Positions 27,384 to 36,986 of a stretch of 64,000 nt of DNA are shown here, one piece after another; positions within the stretch are counted from its first letter, which is position 1, and each line of letters opens with the position of its first letter. Origin of the DNA: Candidatus Hydrogenedentota bacterium (GTDB taxonomy: Bacteria > Hydrogenedentota > Hydrogenedentia > Hydrogenedentales > CAITNO01); the NCBI GenBank assembly GCA_019455225.1, contig JACFMU010000001.1, positions 291-64,290 on the forward strand, given 5' to 3'. The notes beneath the pieces are model-generated. The model was given only the letters and a program-made list of their open reading frames with translations. It did no database searches and was not told the origin of the DNA. Both the position numbers and the translations under genes were made by a program.

Positions 27384-28427
27384 TCAGCGCGCGCCCGCGC
27401 GCCGAACGCCGGGATAGGCGAGCTTGATGACCAGCATTTCGAGGGCGAGGTCGCGGTCCACGCCGGTGTTGCGCATCTGGAAAGTGGTCTGGGTGCAGAG
27501 GGCCATGGCCGCCTTGAGCTTTTGCAGGCCGAGGGTGCGCGCCAGAGGGGCCACTTTCCGCTCTACAAAGGGCTTGCCCACCACAGGCTCGGTGTCGGGA
27601 TGGGCGCGGTAGGCGTTTTCCAGCAGCCAGTTGATGGTTCCGATAATCTCCTCGGGGGCCCTGTTCAGCGCCTGAAGCTGGTAGAGGGAGGCCAGGGCCT
27701 TATCCGCCTGGGAATAGGCGATGGCGTCCGTGAGCTGCCAGACAGTCTCCTCGGCCACATCGGCGCAGGCGGCGCGCACATCCGCCTCGGTGACGGTGTT
27801 CGCGCCACCCGCATATCCGCAGACCAGCAGCAGCGCGTTGTTCACGTCGCTCAGGCGGTTTCCGGCGCGCTCCATCAGCTCGCGCAGGGCGGCCTCCTCC
27901 ATCCGCCGGCCGCGCGCCCGCATCTCCGCGTTAATCCACTCGCGCATCTCGCCCTCGGTCAACTGCGGGCTCTCGACCAGGCAGGCATTCTTCTCGCAGG
28001 CCTTGTAGAATTTCTTGCGCCGGTCAACAACGGACGCCACGAGTATGAGCAGGGTGGTCTCCGCGGGGTTCTCGATGTATTCCAGCAGCGGCGCCAGGGG
28101 GGACCTCTTTTCGCCGGACAGGTCCTTGTAGCGCTCGGCATTGCGCACGACCACCACGCGCCGCTCCGCGAGGAACGGGTAGGTGCGCGCCTCCTCGATG
28201 ATGGCGGGGATGGGCGTCTCGTCGGCGTAAAAAATGCTGTGGGCCATGTCCTCCATCCCGGCGGGGACATATGCGGCGGTGAGCCGGCGCACGGCCTCGT
28301 CCACCAGGAAGGGCTCATAGTCCTCGCGCCCGAAGGGGGGCTTGGCGGCGGGGCAGAGAAACACCACGGGGGGCGGGTCGCCCCTGCCAATCCCGCCGGT
28401 GAACTCGCGGATGTTCACGGACTTCAC
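27384..28427 (-). CDS. holA: DNA polymerase III subunit delta
   Basis: 347 aa, delta-like length and helical C-terminal domain. It shows the conserved lptE-holA gene order, with a 4-nt overlap with lptE. Confidence 0.7.
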   Translation of the reverse strand: MKSVNIREFTGGIGRGDPPPVVFLCPAAKPPFGREDYEPFLVDEAVRRLTAAYVPAGMEDMAHSIFYADETPIPAIIEEARTYPFLAERRVVVVRNAERYKDLSGEKRSPLAPLLEYIENPAETTLLILVASVVDRRKKFYKACEKNACLVESPQLTEGEMREWINAEMRARGRRMEEAALRELMERAGNRLSDVNNALLLVCGYAGGANTVTEADVRAACADVAEETVWQLTDAIAYSQADKALASLYQLQALNRAPEEIIGTINWLLENAYRAHPDTEPVVGKPFVERKVAPLARTLGLQKLKAAMALCTQTTFQMRNTGVDRDLALEMLVIKLAYPGVRRAGAR

Positions 28428-29029
28428 CAGGGCTCGACCACGCGGTGGAAGATGACCGTGGCCAACTGCTCCAGCGCCTCGGAGGCGGCGCGGTTCTCCT
28501 CCTCCGTGGGGAAAGAGCGGACCGTGGGCAGAAAGACCTCGGCGTTGCCGCGCAGCCGGTCGGAGGACTGGCCCGCGGCGCGGGTGTAGAAGGAGGTCTC
28601 GCCGGTGATCATCGGGTCCTCCCAGAGCACGTCGCCCGTCTGCCGGTCCGTGAGGCGGACCCCGGCGGTCACCGCCAGCAACGCCTGGGTGGTCTCGTCG
28701 TTGCGGTCATAGATGAGGCCGCGCCGGGTGAAGTCCACTATCATGCCCTCGAGCAGGAGGTCGGCATCCTCCGGACGGACCACTTGGAGACGCGAGTCGT
28801 TGACAAACTTGCGGATGACCGCGTTGGTCAGGGGCGCCTGGAGGTCATATTCGCGGGTCTTGTCGTAGAAGGGGGACACGGCGATGGTGCGGTATTTGGG
28901 GTCGAGGGAACTCCCCGTGCTGTAGCCGCAGCCGGGAAGCGCCGCAGCCAGCGCCGCCGCCGCAAGGCCCAGCAGAAGGGTCCTGCGGCCCGGAACGGGA
29001 AAACGGCGGATGACGCGACGGGAAAACAT
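28424..29029 (-). CDS. lptE: LPS-assembly lipoprotein LptE
   Basis: 201 aa. The lipobox is LPGCGY, and an LptE-like beta-rich body follows. It sits immediately upstream of holA. Confidence 0.6.
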   Translation of the reverse strand: MFSRRVIRRFPVPGRRTLLLGLAAAALAAALPGCGYSTGSSLDPKYRTIAVSPFYDKTREYDLQAPLTNAVIRKFVNDSRLQVVRPEDADLLLEGMIVDFTRRGLIYDRNDETTQALLAVTAGVRLTDRQTGDVLWEDPMITGETSFYTRAAGQSSDRLRGNAEVFLPTVRSFPTEEENRAASEALEQLATVIFHRVVEPW

Positions 29030-29033
29030 GGGG

Positions 29034-30029
29034 TTACCGCGCGCCGTTGGCGCCGTACTTCAGGCCCACATGGGTAACGCCGCCGTTTGCCTCGATCCAG
29101 GACTGGGCCGTGCCGGCCGCCTGGGTGTCGTTGAAGTCGCGGGCGACGGCCTCGTAGTAAATCCGGGCCGCCGGGAAGTCGCGGCGCTTCTCGTAGAACC
29201 GGGCCGTGGCCAGCCGCTGCGCCGCCATGGACTCGCGCATTTCCGCGCGCTTGCCCACCAGTTCGGCGTTCCGCTCGTCCTGCGGATAGCGCGCCTTGAA
29301 CTCGTCCACCGCGTCCACGGCGAGCTGGCTCGGCGCCTGGTCGTAGGCGGGGGGCAGGGAGGCCTTGTAGTAGCACATGGCCAGGCCGAAGGAGGCCTCG
29401 TCCACGAAGTCGGAACCCGCATAGTCCTCGACCACGCGGCGGTACTCGAAGGCCGACTCGATGTACTCCTTGCGCGCATAGTGGCTCAGGCCGATTTTGT
29501 ACTGGGCCTCGGCCGCCTCCGCCGTGAAGGGCTGGTTCTCCACGACCATGGCGTAGACCTCGGCGGCGCGCTTCAGCGGGCGCTTCTTGAAGAGGGCGAA
29601 ACGCTTGTCTATGCGCTGGAGCCCCTGATCGTAATAGCGGTCGCCGATCTCGTACTGTTTTTTGATGGCGTCGCCGTAGCGCTTCGTGTCGGGATAACCC
29701 GCAAGAAGCTGCTGGAAGGCCTTGGCCGCCTCCATCCGCTTGCCCTGGGCCAGCAGGATTTCACCGCGCAGGAACTGGTTCTCGTCGGCCATCGGGTCGC
29801 CCGCGTAGAACTGGGTGAACTTGTCCGTCTCCCGGTAGGCCTTGCGGTAGTCCCCCTGGAGCATCAGCCCGCGGGCGTACTCAATTTGCAGCTCCGCCGT
29901 CTCCTTCGGGAGACGCTTCATGTTCACCCAACGCCCGGTCTGGGGGGTCCAAGTCCACTGGGCATGGGCCGACACGGCAAACCCGGCCAGCAAAACCGCT
30001 GCCAACGCAGCGCGCGCACTGATTCGCAT
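29034..30029 (-). CDS. TPR outer-membrane assembly factor BamD-like lipoprotein/secreted protein
   Basis: Signal peptide, then repeated TPR-like helices (YARGLMLQGDYRKAY, GEILLAQGKRMEAAKAF, YKIGLSHYARKEY, ARFYEKRRDFPAARIYY). The start was chosen at the Met at 30029. Confidence 0.55.
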   Translation of the reverse strand: MRISARAALAAVLLAGFAVSAHAQWTWTPQTGRWVNMKRLPKETAELQIEYARGLMLQGDYRKAYRETDKFTQFYAGDPMADENQFLRGEILLAQGKRMEAAKAFQQLLAGYPDTKRYGDAIKKQYEIGDRYYDQGLQRIDKRFALFKKRPLKRAAEVYAMVVENQPFTAEAAEAQYKIGLSHYARKEYIESAFEYRRVVEDYAGSDFVDEASFGLAMCYYKASLPPAYDQAPSQLAVDAVDEFKARYPQDERNAELVGKRAEMRESMAAQRLATARFYEKRRDFPAARIYYEAVARDFNDTQAAGTAQSWIEANGGVTHVGLKYGANGAR

Positions 30030-30250
30030 GATGGAATCTCCAAGAGCCGCTGAAAAACACCGGCGCATGCCGCGGATGACACCGCGGCGCGTCTTGACAA
30101 TACTACCAAGAGGGGCGCACTCAAGGCAAACACGCAAGGGGTTGAAAATGCTCTCCGCCGCGCGCCGGGGTTGACCCGCGCGGCGGAATGGGGCATCATG
30201 CAGCGGACCGGCGGGCGGGCTGCCCGGAAAGACGACAAGGAAACACTGTC

Positions 30251-30712
30251 ATGCGCCATGCACAGCGGGGAGACCGCGTCCGGGTACATTACCGCGTGAG
30301 CCGGCTGGACGGGGAGTCGGTGGACCTGTCCCCGGACGGGGAACCCCTGGAACTGGTCCTCGGGGTGGGCCGTTACCTGGCCGGGTTCGAGGAGGCCATT
30401 GTGGGCATGGCGGAGGGGGAACAGCGGGAGCTGGTCATCCCGCCGGAGTCCGCATTCGGCCATCATGACGGCGATCTGGTGCAGGAAATTGACGCCGCGT
30501 GCTTTCCCGGCGGGGTTCCCGGGGTGGGGCAGGCATTCCGCCTTGGACTGCCCGAGGAGGGGCAGACCCTTGTGACCGTGGTCGCCGTGAGCGGCGACCG
30601 GGTGGTGGTGGACGGCAACCATCCCCTGGCCGGGGAATCCCTGCGGGTTCAGGTGGCCCTGCTGGCCGTGCTCGACGCCGCCGACGGCGCGCCCGAAACC
30701 CCTACTTCTTGA
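30251..30712 (+). CDS. FKBP-type peptidyl-prolyl isomerase (SlyD-like, with IF insert)
   Basis: RVRVHY...LELVLGVGRYLAGFEEAIVGMAEGE...VVVDGNHPLAGESL is the typical SlyD/FkpB pattern. There is no His-rich tail. Confidence 0.75.
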   Translation: MRHAQRGDRVRVHYRVSRLDGESVDLSPDGEPLELVLGVGRYLAGFEEAIVGMAEGEQRELVIPPESAFGHHDGDLVQEIDAACFPGGVPGVGQAFRLGLPEEGQTLVTVVAVSGDRVVVDGNHPLAGESLRVQVALLAVLDAADGAPETPTS

Positions 30713-31343
30713 ACCCCCGCCAAATCCGCTGGCCCACGGACATGCTGGCCTCGCGCAGATTCACATCCCGCAACACGGCCCCGGTCATGTTTGCCCCCCG
30801 GAAATCGGTCTGCCGCAGTTTTGCCCCCGTCAGGTTGGCCCGCTCGAGGCAGGCCTTGAAAAAGACCGCCCCCTCCAACACCGCCTCCACCAGCGCCGCC
30901 CCCGTCAGGTCCGCGCAGGTGAGGTCCGCCCGGGTCAGGTCCGCCTGGTAAAGGTTCGCGCCCCGCAGATTGGCGCACATCAACCGCTGCGAGCGCAGGT
31001 TGACGTTGTTGATGGTGGCCTGCGCCAGGCAGGCCCCCTCCATCAGCGCGCCCGGCACCTCCGCGTGGCTCAGTTCCGCCCCCGTGAGGTTCGTGTTTCT
31101 CAGGTCCGCCTGAAGCAGTTTCGCCGCGAAAAAATTCGCGTGCTCCAGGTTCACCCCGTAAAAACTGGTGTTGACCAGGTTGGCGTTGGCAAAGTTGACC
31201 CAGCGGAGGTCGGCGCGGCGCAGGTCCCTCCCGCTGAGATTGATGCCGCTGAGGTCCGGCTTGGACCCCGGCGTTTTCGCGCGCCAGGCGTTCCAGGCCT
31301 CCACACTCTCAAGTATCAGATTGGCGTGCTGGGTGTAGGGCAT
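30702..31343 (-). CDS. Pentapeptide repeat protein
   Basis: 213 aa of A(D/N)LXX repeats (ADLRWVNFANANLVNTSFYGVNLEHANF...). It overlaps slyD-like convergently by 11 nt. Confidence 0.85.
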   Translation of the reverse strand: MPYTQHANLILESVEAWNAWRAKTPGSKPDLSGINLSGRDLRRADLRWVNFANANLVNTSFYGVNLEHANFFAAKLLQADLRNTNLTGAELSHAEVPGALMEGACLAQATINNVNLRSQRLMCANLRGANLYQADLTRADLTCADLTGAALVEAVLEGAVFFKACLERANLTGAKLRQTDFRGANMTGAVLRDVNLREASMSVGQRIWRGFKK

Positions 31344-31427
31344 GACCGGCCTCCTTGACTTGGAGGACAGAATACTGGCGATTTCGACAATAATGCAATA
31401 TCCGAGGAAAGTCGCGGCGGGAACCCC

Positions 31428-32531
31428 TCAGTCCCCCACCTCCCCGTCGCGCACATTCATCGGCATGGGCGCGGGACGTTCACAGGCGCTGGCGAGGGCA
31501 ACCCGCGCGCCCTGGTCCGCGGCGTCGTGGAAGGCGTGCATCAGGTCGAGCACATGATAGGCGAGTTCGCCGTTGGCGCGGTGGGGACGCCCCGCGCGGA
31601 CGGCGCAGGCCAGGTCGGCCACGCCGAGGCCGCGGGCGTTCTCGGCATGGATGTGGGAGTGGGGCACCTCGCGCCAGTCCTCGTATCCGGGGCGGAACAC
31701 TTTCACGGGGCCACCAAAGCTGTTGGGGTCGGGCACGCTCATGGAGCCTTCTGTGCCGTGGATTTCGATACAGGGCAGGCTGCCGCGCCACACGTCAAAA
31801 CTGGTGACGATGGTTCCGACGGCGCCGTTCCGGAAGTCCATGACACCGCTGATGTGGGTGGGCACCTCGACGGGGACGCGCTTGCCCCGCTTGGGGGCGC
31901 TGGTGATGACGCGCTCGGGGAAGGTGACGCGGGTGCTGGCGGAGACGGCGGCCACAGGCCCCATGAGGGTGACGAGGGCGGTGAGGTAGTAGGGGCCCAT
32001 GTCGAACATGGGGCCGCCGCCGGTCTCGTAGTAGAATTCGGGGTCGGGATGCCAGCTTTCGTGGCCGTGGCACTGCATGAAGGCCGTGGCCGAGACGGGC
32101 TCGCCAATCCATCCGTCGTCAATCAGCTTGCGCGCCGTCTGGATGCCCGCGCCCAGCACGGTGTCCGGGGCGCAGCCCACGCGCAGCCCCCTTTCCCCCG
32201 CCAGATCGAGCAGGCTGCGGCCCTCTTCGCGGGTAAGCGTGAGGGGTTTCTCGTTGTACACATGCTTCCCCGCCTCCAAGGCGCGCAAGGCCACCCCGGC
32301 GTGGGCCTTGGGGATGGTGATGTTCAGCACGATGTCAATGGCGTCGTCGGCCAGCAGTTCCTCCACGGAGCAGACTTTGGGCACGCCGTGCTCTTCGGCC
32401 TTGGCGACGGCCTTTTCCGGAACCAGGTCCGCGCAGGCGACGATTTCAATGGCCTCGAAGCGCTTTCCCGCCTGGAAGTAGATGTTGGAGATGTTGCCGC
32501 AGCCAATCACGCCGACCTTCATGGGGTCCAT
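31428..32531 (-). CDS. Gfo/Idh/MocA family oxidoreductase
   Basis: The Rossmann N-terminus is [15 protein letters not shown]. The likely start is the ATG at 32531 (MDPMKV), preceded by AGGGAG. Confidence 0.85.
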   Translation of the reverse strand: MDPMKVGVIGCGNISNIYFQAGKRFEAIEIVACADLVPEKAVAKAEEHGVPKVCSVEELLADDAIDIVLNITIPKAHAGVALRALEAGKHVYNEKPLTLTREEGRSLLDLAGERGLRVGCAPDTVLGAGIQTARKLIDDGWIGEPVSATAFMQCHGHESWHPDPEFYYETGGGPMFDMGPYYLTALVTLMGPVAAVSASTRVTFPERVITSAPKRGKRVPVEVPTHISGVMDFRNGAVGTIVTSFDVWRGSLPCIEIHGTEGSMSVPDPNSFGGPVKVFRPGYEDWREVPHSHIHAENARGLGVADLACAVRAGRPHRANGELAYHVLDLMHAFHDAADQGARVALASACERPAPMPMNVRDGEVGD

Positions 32532-32550
32532 GGTAACCACTCCCTGATTT

Positions 32551-32773
32551 GTAACACTTTAGCCGGTTGGCGTGAACGTCTTTTCTTGCTCTTGCTCTTG
32601 CTCTTTATCAAAATTCCTAAACAACTCTGAACTTCTATGCGCCACAGCCTCTTCTCTAGGGGGAACAGCACCAACCGCCACAACTGTCACCTGAAACGAG
32701 ATTAGAGCAAGAGCAAGAGCAAGAGCAAGAGCAAGAAAAAACAAATGTCTTTAGCCAACCGGCTAAACAGTTA
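32551..32773. mobile_element. MITE-like non-autonomous element with (GCAAGA)n arms
   Basis: 223 bp. The terminal inverted repeats are GTAACACTTTAGCCGGTTGGC and, for the reverse complement of the right end, GTAACTGTTTAGCCGGTTGGC (19/21 identical). Each arm continues into 3 to 5 TCTTGC/GCAAGA hexamers. The element is flanked by a 9-bp direct repeat CCCTGATTT (32542-32550 and 32774-32782). The core is AT-richer. Confidence 0.6.
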
Positions 32774-32784
32774 CCCTGATTTTT

Positions 32785-33429
32785 TCACCGGCTCGCCCAG
32801 AGCAGGCCCCGTCTCATGATTTCCATGCATTCGGGCACGTCGAAATCCGCCGCCACATGGCCCAGGGCCGAGTAGAACACGCGGCCCGCGCCGTAGGGGC
32901 GCGTCCACACCACGGGCATGACGCACCCGGCAACCCAGGGGACATGCTCCCCCGTGAGCGTGGTCGCGGCCAGCACCCTGTTGGACGGGTCCACGTGCAT
33001 GTAGTAGCGCTCCGACCACATGGCGAAGTCATTGACGCCCGCCATCAGCGGGTCGTCGGGCCGGATGATGTTCACCGTGTAGTCAATGATGCCGCCGGGA
33101 TGGTCCACGAACTGCCCCCCCACCATGAACTGGTAGGCCGTGCTGTTGCGGAAGGCGTCCCCCATGCCGCCGTGCCACCCGGCAATGCCCGCGCCCGCGC
33201 GTACCGCGTCCAGCAGGCCCTTTTCCTGCTCCGGCTCCAGCACGCCCATGGTCCAGCAGGGGACTATGAGGTCCATGCGGGCCATGGTCTCCGCGTCGGC
33301 AAAAACATCCAGCGAGTCGCGCACCTCCACCGCAAAGCCCCGTTCCCGGAGAAAGGGGACAAAGCGCTCCACGCACTGCCGGGGCTCGTGTCCGTCCCAG
33401 CCGCCCCAGACCATCAACGCATTCTTCAT
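32785..33429 (-). CDS. ThuA domain-containing protein
   Basis: 214 aa. [16 protein letters not shown]...[11 protein letters not shown]...GGQFVDHPG is the ThuA family pattern. Confidence 0.8.
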   Translation of the reverse strand: MKNALMVWGGWDGHEPRQCVERFVPFLRERGFAVEVRDSLDVFADAETMARMDLIVPCWTMGVLEPEQEKGLLDAVRAGAGIAGWHGGMGDAFRNSTAYQFMVGGQFVDHPGGIIDYTVNIIRPDDPLMAGVNDFAMWSERYYMHVDPSNRVLAATTLTGEHVPWVAGCVMPVVWTRPYGAGRVFYSALGHVAADFDVPECMEIMRRGLLWASR

Positions 33430-33469
33430 GAAAACTACTCCTATGGACGGTCGTCCGCAGCGGCGCGGC

Positions 33470-34054
33470 TCAGGGCGTCTTGGTGCAGAGATAAACGAAG
33501 CAGGGGGGGACGTTTTTCCAGACGGGGCCGATGCGGCGCACGTTCTGGAAGCGGCTGGGGAGTTTCCCCGTGAAGAAACGCCGTCCCGAGGGAACCAGGG
33601 GGCTCATGGCATAGGCGAAAGTGACAAAACGCCCGCCCGGCGCGAGCACGTCGTAGGCCGCCTCAAGGATGCGGTCCTGCAGGGCGTCGTTGAACCGGGT
33701 CCAGGGAAGCCCCGAAACGATGGCGTCGCAGTGGTCGAACCCCGCCTTTCGCAGGTGGACAATGGCGTTTTCCGCGCTGTCGTTGATGATCACGGCCTTG
33801 GGGCAGCGCTTTTGCGCGACGGCGGCGAGGTGCGGGTTGATCTCCATGGAGATGAAATGGGCGTCCGGGTCCATCTCCTTCATGATCTGCCGGGTAAAGA
33901 CCCCCTCGCCCGCGCCGTACTCCACGATGACCTTCGCGCCCTTGAGCCCCGCCATCCGCGTGATCGCCTCGGCGAGTTCGCGGCTGCTGGGCGCGATGGC
34001 GCCGGTGGTCTTGTTTTCGCGGATGACCTCCCGCATGAATGTCAGCCAGGACAT
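33470..34054 (-). CDS. Class I SAM-dependent methyltransferase
   Basis: Motif I is [13 protein letters not shown], preceded by GAIAPSS, as in phospholipid or rRNA N-methyltransferase-like proteins. The start was chosen at the Met at 34054. Confidence 0.7.
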   Translation of the reverse strand: MSWLTFMREVIRENKTTGAIAPSSRELAEAITRMAGLKGAKVIVEYGAGEGVFTRQIMKEMDPDAHFISMEINPHLAAVAQKRCPKAVIINDSAENAIVHLRKAGFDHCDAIVSGLPWTRFNDALQDRILEAAYDVLAPGGRFVTFAYAMSPLVPSGRRFFTGKLPSRFQNVRRIGPVWKNVPPCFVYLCTKTP

Positions 34055-34091
34055 GGTGTTCTCCTGCCGCCGGAAACGGCGCGTGTTGGTG

Positions 34092-35393
34092 TCAGCGGTA
34101 CTCCGGAAGCCAGGCGGCATGGGCCGCGAAGAGATCATCGCACAGGGCGACCGTCTCGTCAATGGTGAGTTCGGCGCCGGTATGGGGGTCCAGCAGGGCC
34201 GCTTGGTAGACATGCTCCCTTTTCAGGGTGAGCGCGGCCTCGATGACCAGTTCCTGCACGTTGATGTTGGTCCGGTTCAGGGCGGCGCACTGGGGCGGCA
34301 GGTTCCCCGCCACGGTCGGGGTCACGCCGTTCCTGTCGGCCACGCACATCACCTCCACGCAGCAACGGTCCGGCAGGTTGTGGATGAGCCCCGTGTTCAG
34401 CACATTCCCGCCGAAGGTGAAGGGGACGCCCGTCTCCGCGGCCTCCAGGATGTACGAGGCGTACTCATGGGTCCGCGCGTGGTTCAACGGCCTGTCCGAA
34501 ACCAGTTCCCCGCGCATGCCCGCCCAGTTCTTGATCTGCTCCAGGCAGCGGCGCGGATACTCGTCCAGGGGAATGTGGAAACGCCCTATCAGCTCCGGCG
34601 CGCGCGCCTTGATGAACCACGGCATGTACTCGGCGGAGTGCTCGCTCGACTCGGTGACATAGTATCCGAAGCGCCTCATCACCTCGAAGCGGACCGTGTC
34701 TTTGTCCACATACTCCGGCAGTTGGGCGCGGCGCTTGATCTCGGGGTACAGGTCCTCGCCGTCCCGCGAGATTTCCAAGAGCCACCCCTGGTGGTTGATG
34801 CCCGCCACCTTCCAGCGGAGCCTGTCCTGGGGCAGGTCCAGCTCGGCGCAGAGGCAGGGCGCGCAGGACTGGACGCTGTGGCAAAGGCCCACGGCCCGCA
34901 CGCCGGTTCCCTTCAGGATGGCGCCGGTCAGCATGGCCATGGGGTTCGAGTAGTTGATGAGCAGGGCGTCCGGGGCCGCCTTTTCCAAAATGCGGCAGTA
35001 GTCCAGCATCACCGGAATGGTGCGCAGCCCCCGGAAGATGCCCCCGATGCCCAGGGTGTCCGCGATGGTCTGGCGGAGGCCGTACTTCTTCGGAACCTCG
35101 AAGTCTATGATGGTGCAGGGGTCGTAGCCGCCCACCTGCACGGCGTTCACCACATAATCCGCCCCGGCCAGCGCCTTTTCCGCGTCGGCGGCGAGAAAAC
35201 TCTCCACTTTGGCCGACGCGCCCAGGGTGCGGTTCAGGTTCTTGACCATCACCTCCGAGTCGCGGAGACGTTCCGGGTCCAGGTCCACCAGCACGATGTG
35301 CGCGTCCCGGAGCGCCTCCACGTGGAGGCAGTCGCCCAGGACATTTTTCGCGAACACCGTGCTGCCCGCACCGATAAACCCGATTTTCGCCAT
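34092..35393 (-). CDS. Glycoside hydrolase family 4 (alpha-galactosidase/alpha-glucosidase, NAD-dependent)
   Basis: MAKIGFIGAGSTVFAKNVL is the GH4 Rossmann N-terminus. GLCHSVQ contains the GH4 Cys-His metal site. 433 aa. Confidence 0.85.
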   Translation of the reverse strand: MAKIGFIGAGSTVFAKNVLGDCLHVEALRDAHIVLVDLDPERLRDSEVMVKNLNRTLGASAKVESFLAADAEKALAGADYVVNAVQVGGYDPCTIIDFEVPKKYGLRQTIADTLGIGGIFRGLRTIPVMLDYCRILEKAAPDALLINYSNPMAMLTGAILKGTGVRAVGLCHSVQSCAPCLCAELDLPQDRLRWKVAGINHQGWLLEISRDGEDLYPEIKRRAQLPEYVDKDTVRFEVMRRFGYYVTESSEHSAEYMPWFIKARAPELIGRFHIPLDEYPRRCLEQIKNWAGMRGELVSDRPLNHARTHEYASYILEAAETGVPFTFGGNVLNTGLIHNLPDRCCVEVMCVADRNGVTPTVAGNLPPQCAALNRTNINVQELVIEAALTLKREHVYQAALLDPHTGAELTIDETVALCDDLFAAHAAWLPEYR

Positions 35394-35540
35394 CCTTGAC
35401 CTTTCTCGCATGACAGACGCGTTTGGAAAAGCACGGGGGATCATAGGGTCCTGACGCCGTTTGATGCAAATGCGGCTTGTGCGCGCGGGTTGCCCCGTGC
35501 TTTAATCACTCCTCGGTGAAAAACGCGCCCGGCGGGCGCA

Positions 35541-36971
35541 ATGAAGGGAGTCAATGCCATGAGGTGTGCCCTTGCAGCGGCAATTCTGTGTCTTCTGGCC
35601 ATGTTCGGCGCGCAGGCCGCAACAATGACTTTTGACGCGGACCGGATGGCGGTGGTGGAGGGAAAACGGACTTTCATCCTGGGGTTGTATGAAACGCCGA
35701 AGGAGGAGGCGGTCTACCAGCAGGCCGCCGATGCCGGGTTCAACCTGGTCTATGCCGGGGAGAACATGGAAGTGCTGGACAAGTTGCAGGCCCACGGCCT
35801 CCACGCCTGGATTAACACGGGCGGGCGGATTGACTTCTCGGCGGACGCCGACGGGCAACGCGAAAAACTGCGCGCCCTGGTGGCGGAATACGGCGCCCAC
35901 CCGGCATTGCTGGTGTGGGAGGTGCCCGACGAGGCGCTCTGGAACTGCTGGCACCTGGCCTCGGAATGGCGGCGCGGCGCGGAGCCCCGCCAGCAGCGGG
36001 AGAAAATCGCCGCACTGGAGGACAAGGCGCTGGCGGCGCACCTCATGGAAGACCGGGACAATGTCGAAAAGCTGTATGCCATGGGGTGCCCGGCGGAGGC
36101 CGAAGCGCTGGCCAACGCCATCTGGGAGGCCCTCGGCGAGACCCAGCCAAATCCCACGCTGAACATCGCCGACGCCCAGGCCCGCTCGGAAATCATGGCG
36201 GCGGGCATGGTGGAGGGCCATAAGTTCCTGCGGGAACTGGACCCCGCGCACCCGGTCTGGATGAACCATGCCCCGCGCAACTCCATCCCCCAGATGGCCA
36301 TGTTCAACCACGGCGCCGACATGGTCGGCTGCGACATCTACCCCGTGCCCAAGTCGGCCACCGTCGGGCATTCGGACATCATGAACCAGATGGTCTCCTC
36401 CGTGGGCGCGTACACCCTGCGGATGCAGGAGGCCGCGCCCGGCAAGCCGGTCTGGATGGTGCTGCAAGGGTTCGGCTGGGCGGACATTCAGCCCGGAAGC
36501 ACCCCGGAGCAGAAAAAGGCCCACCGCCGCCCCACCGTCGCCGAAAGCCGCTTCATGGCCTATGACGCCGTGGTCCGGGGCGCGCGCGCCGTCCTGTACT
36601 GGGGCACCATGGCCGTCGAGAAGGACTCGCCCTTCTGGTCCGAACTCCTCGGCGTGGTCCGCGAGCTCGCCGACCTCCAGCCCCTGCTCTCCGCGCCGGA
36701 CGCCGGACCGCTCCTCGTGGCGGACATGGCGCCCACCTGGGGCTCCGTGGACCGGGGCGTGGTCGCCCTGCCCAAGCAGATGGACGGCGGGAACTGGTTC
36801 ATCGTGGTCAACGAGTGGCAGGACCCCGTGGCCTACTCCCTGCCCGTCGGGCTGGAACTCAACGGGAAACGCTACACGGACCCCGCCGCCGGGGTCTCCG
36901 CCACGGTGGAGAAGGGTGTCCTGACCCTGCCCATCCCGGCCCACGGAGTGCAAATCCTGCGGCCTGAATAA
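35541..36971 (+). CDS. Secreted hypothetical protein, possible TIM-barrel glycan hydrolase
   Basis: 476 aa with a signal peptide ending GAQA. The composition is not low-complexity. The WEVPDEALWN segment is reminiscent of a GH acid/base region, but no family could be assigned. Confidence 0.5.
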   Translation: MKGVNAMRCALAAAILCLLAMFGAQAATMTFDADRMAVVEGKRTFILGLYETPKEEAVYQQAADAGFNLVYAGENMEVLDKLQAHGLHAWINTGGRIDFSADADGQREKLRALVAEYGAHPALLVWEVPDEALWNCWHLASEWRRGAEPRQQREKIAALEDKALAAHLMEDRDNVEKLYAMGCPAEAEALANAIWEALGETQPNPTLNIADAQARSEIMAAGMVEGHKFLRELDPAHPVWMNHAPRNSIPQMAMFNHGADMVGCDIYPVPKSATVGHSDIMNQMVSSVGAYTLRMQEAAPGKPVWMVLQGFGWADIQPGSTPEQKKAHRRPTVAESRFMAYDAVVRGARAVLYWGTMAVEKDSPFWSELLGVVRELADLQPLLSAPDAGPLLVADMAPTWGSVDRGVVALPKQMDGGNWFIVVNEWQDPVAYSLPVGLELNGKRYTDPAAGVSATVEKGVLTLPIPAHGVQILRPE

Positions 36972-36986
36972 ACGCAAAGGCACACC

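Noticed and set aside
30251-30712. The SlyD-like FKBP as part of a nickel theme with NikR and LarBC. E. coli SlyD is a Ni metallochaperone.
   Set aside because: The protein ends ...LDAADGAPETPTS and lacks the His/Cys-rich metal-binding tail. It is also separated from the lar genes by housekeeping genes.
32559-32744. 61-aa ORF spanning the MITE-like element (MFFLALALALALALISF...DKEQEQEQEK).
   Set aside because: The LALALA and EQEQEQ runs are simply the two hexamer arms read in one frame. The ORF is created by the inverted-repeat structure. The second copy of the arm at 44.8 kb is read in a different frame (ARARAR).
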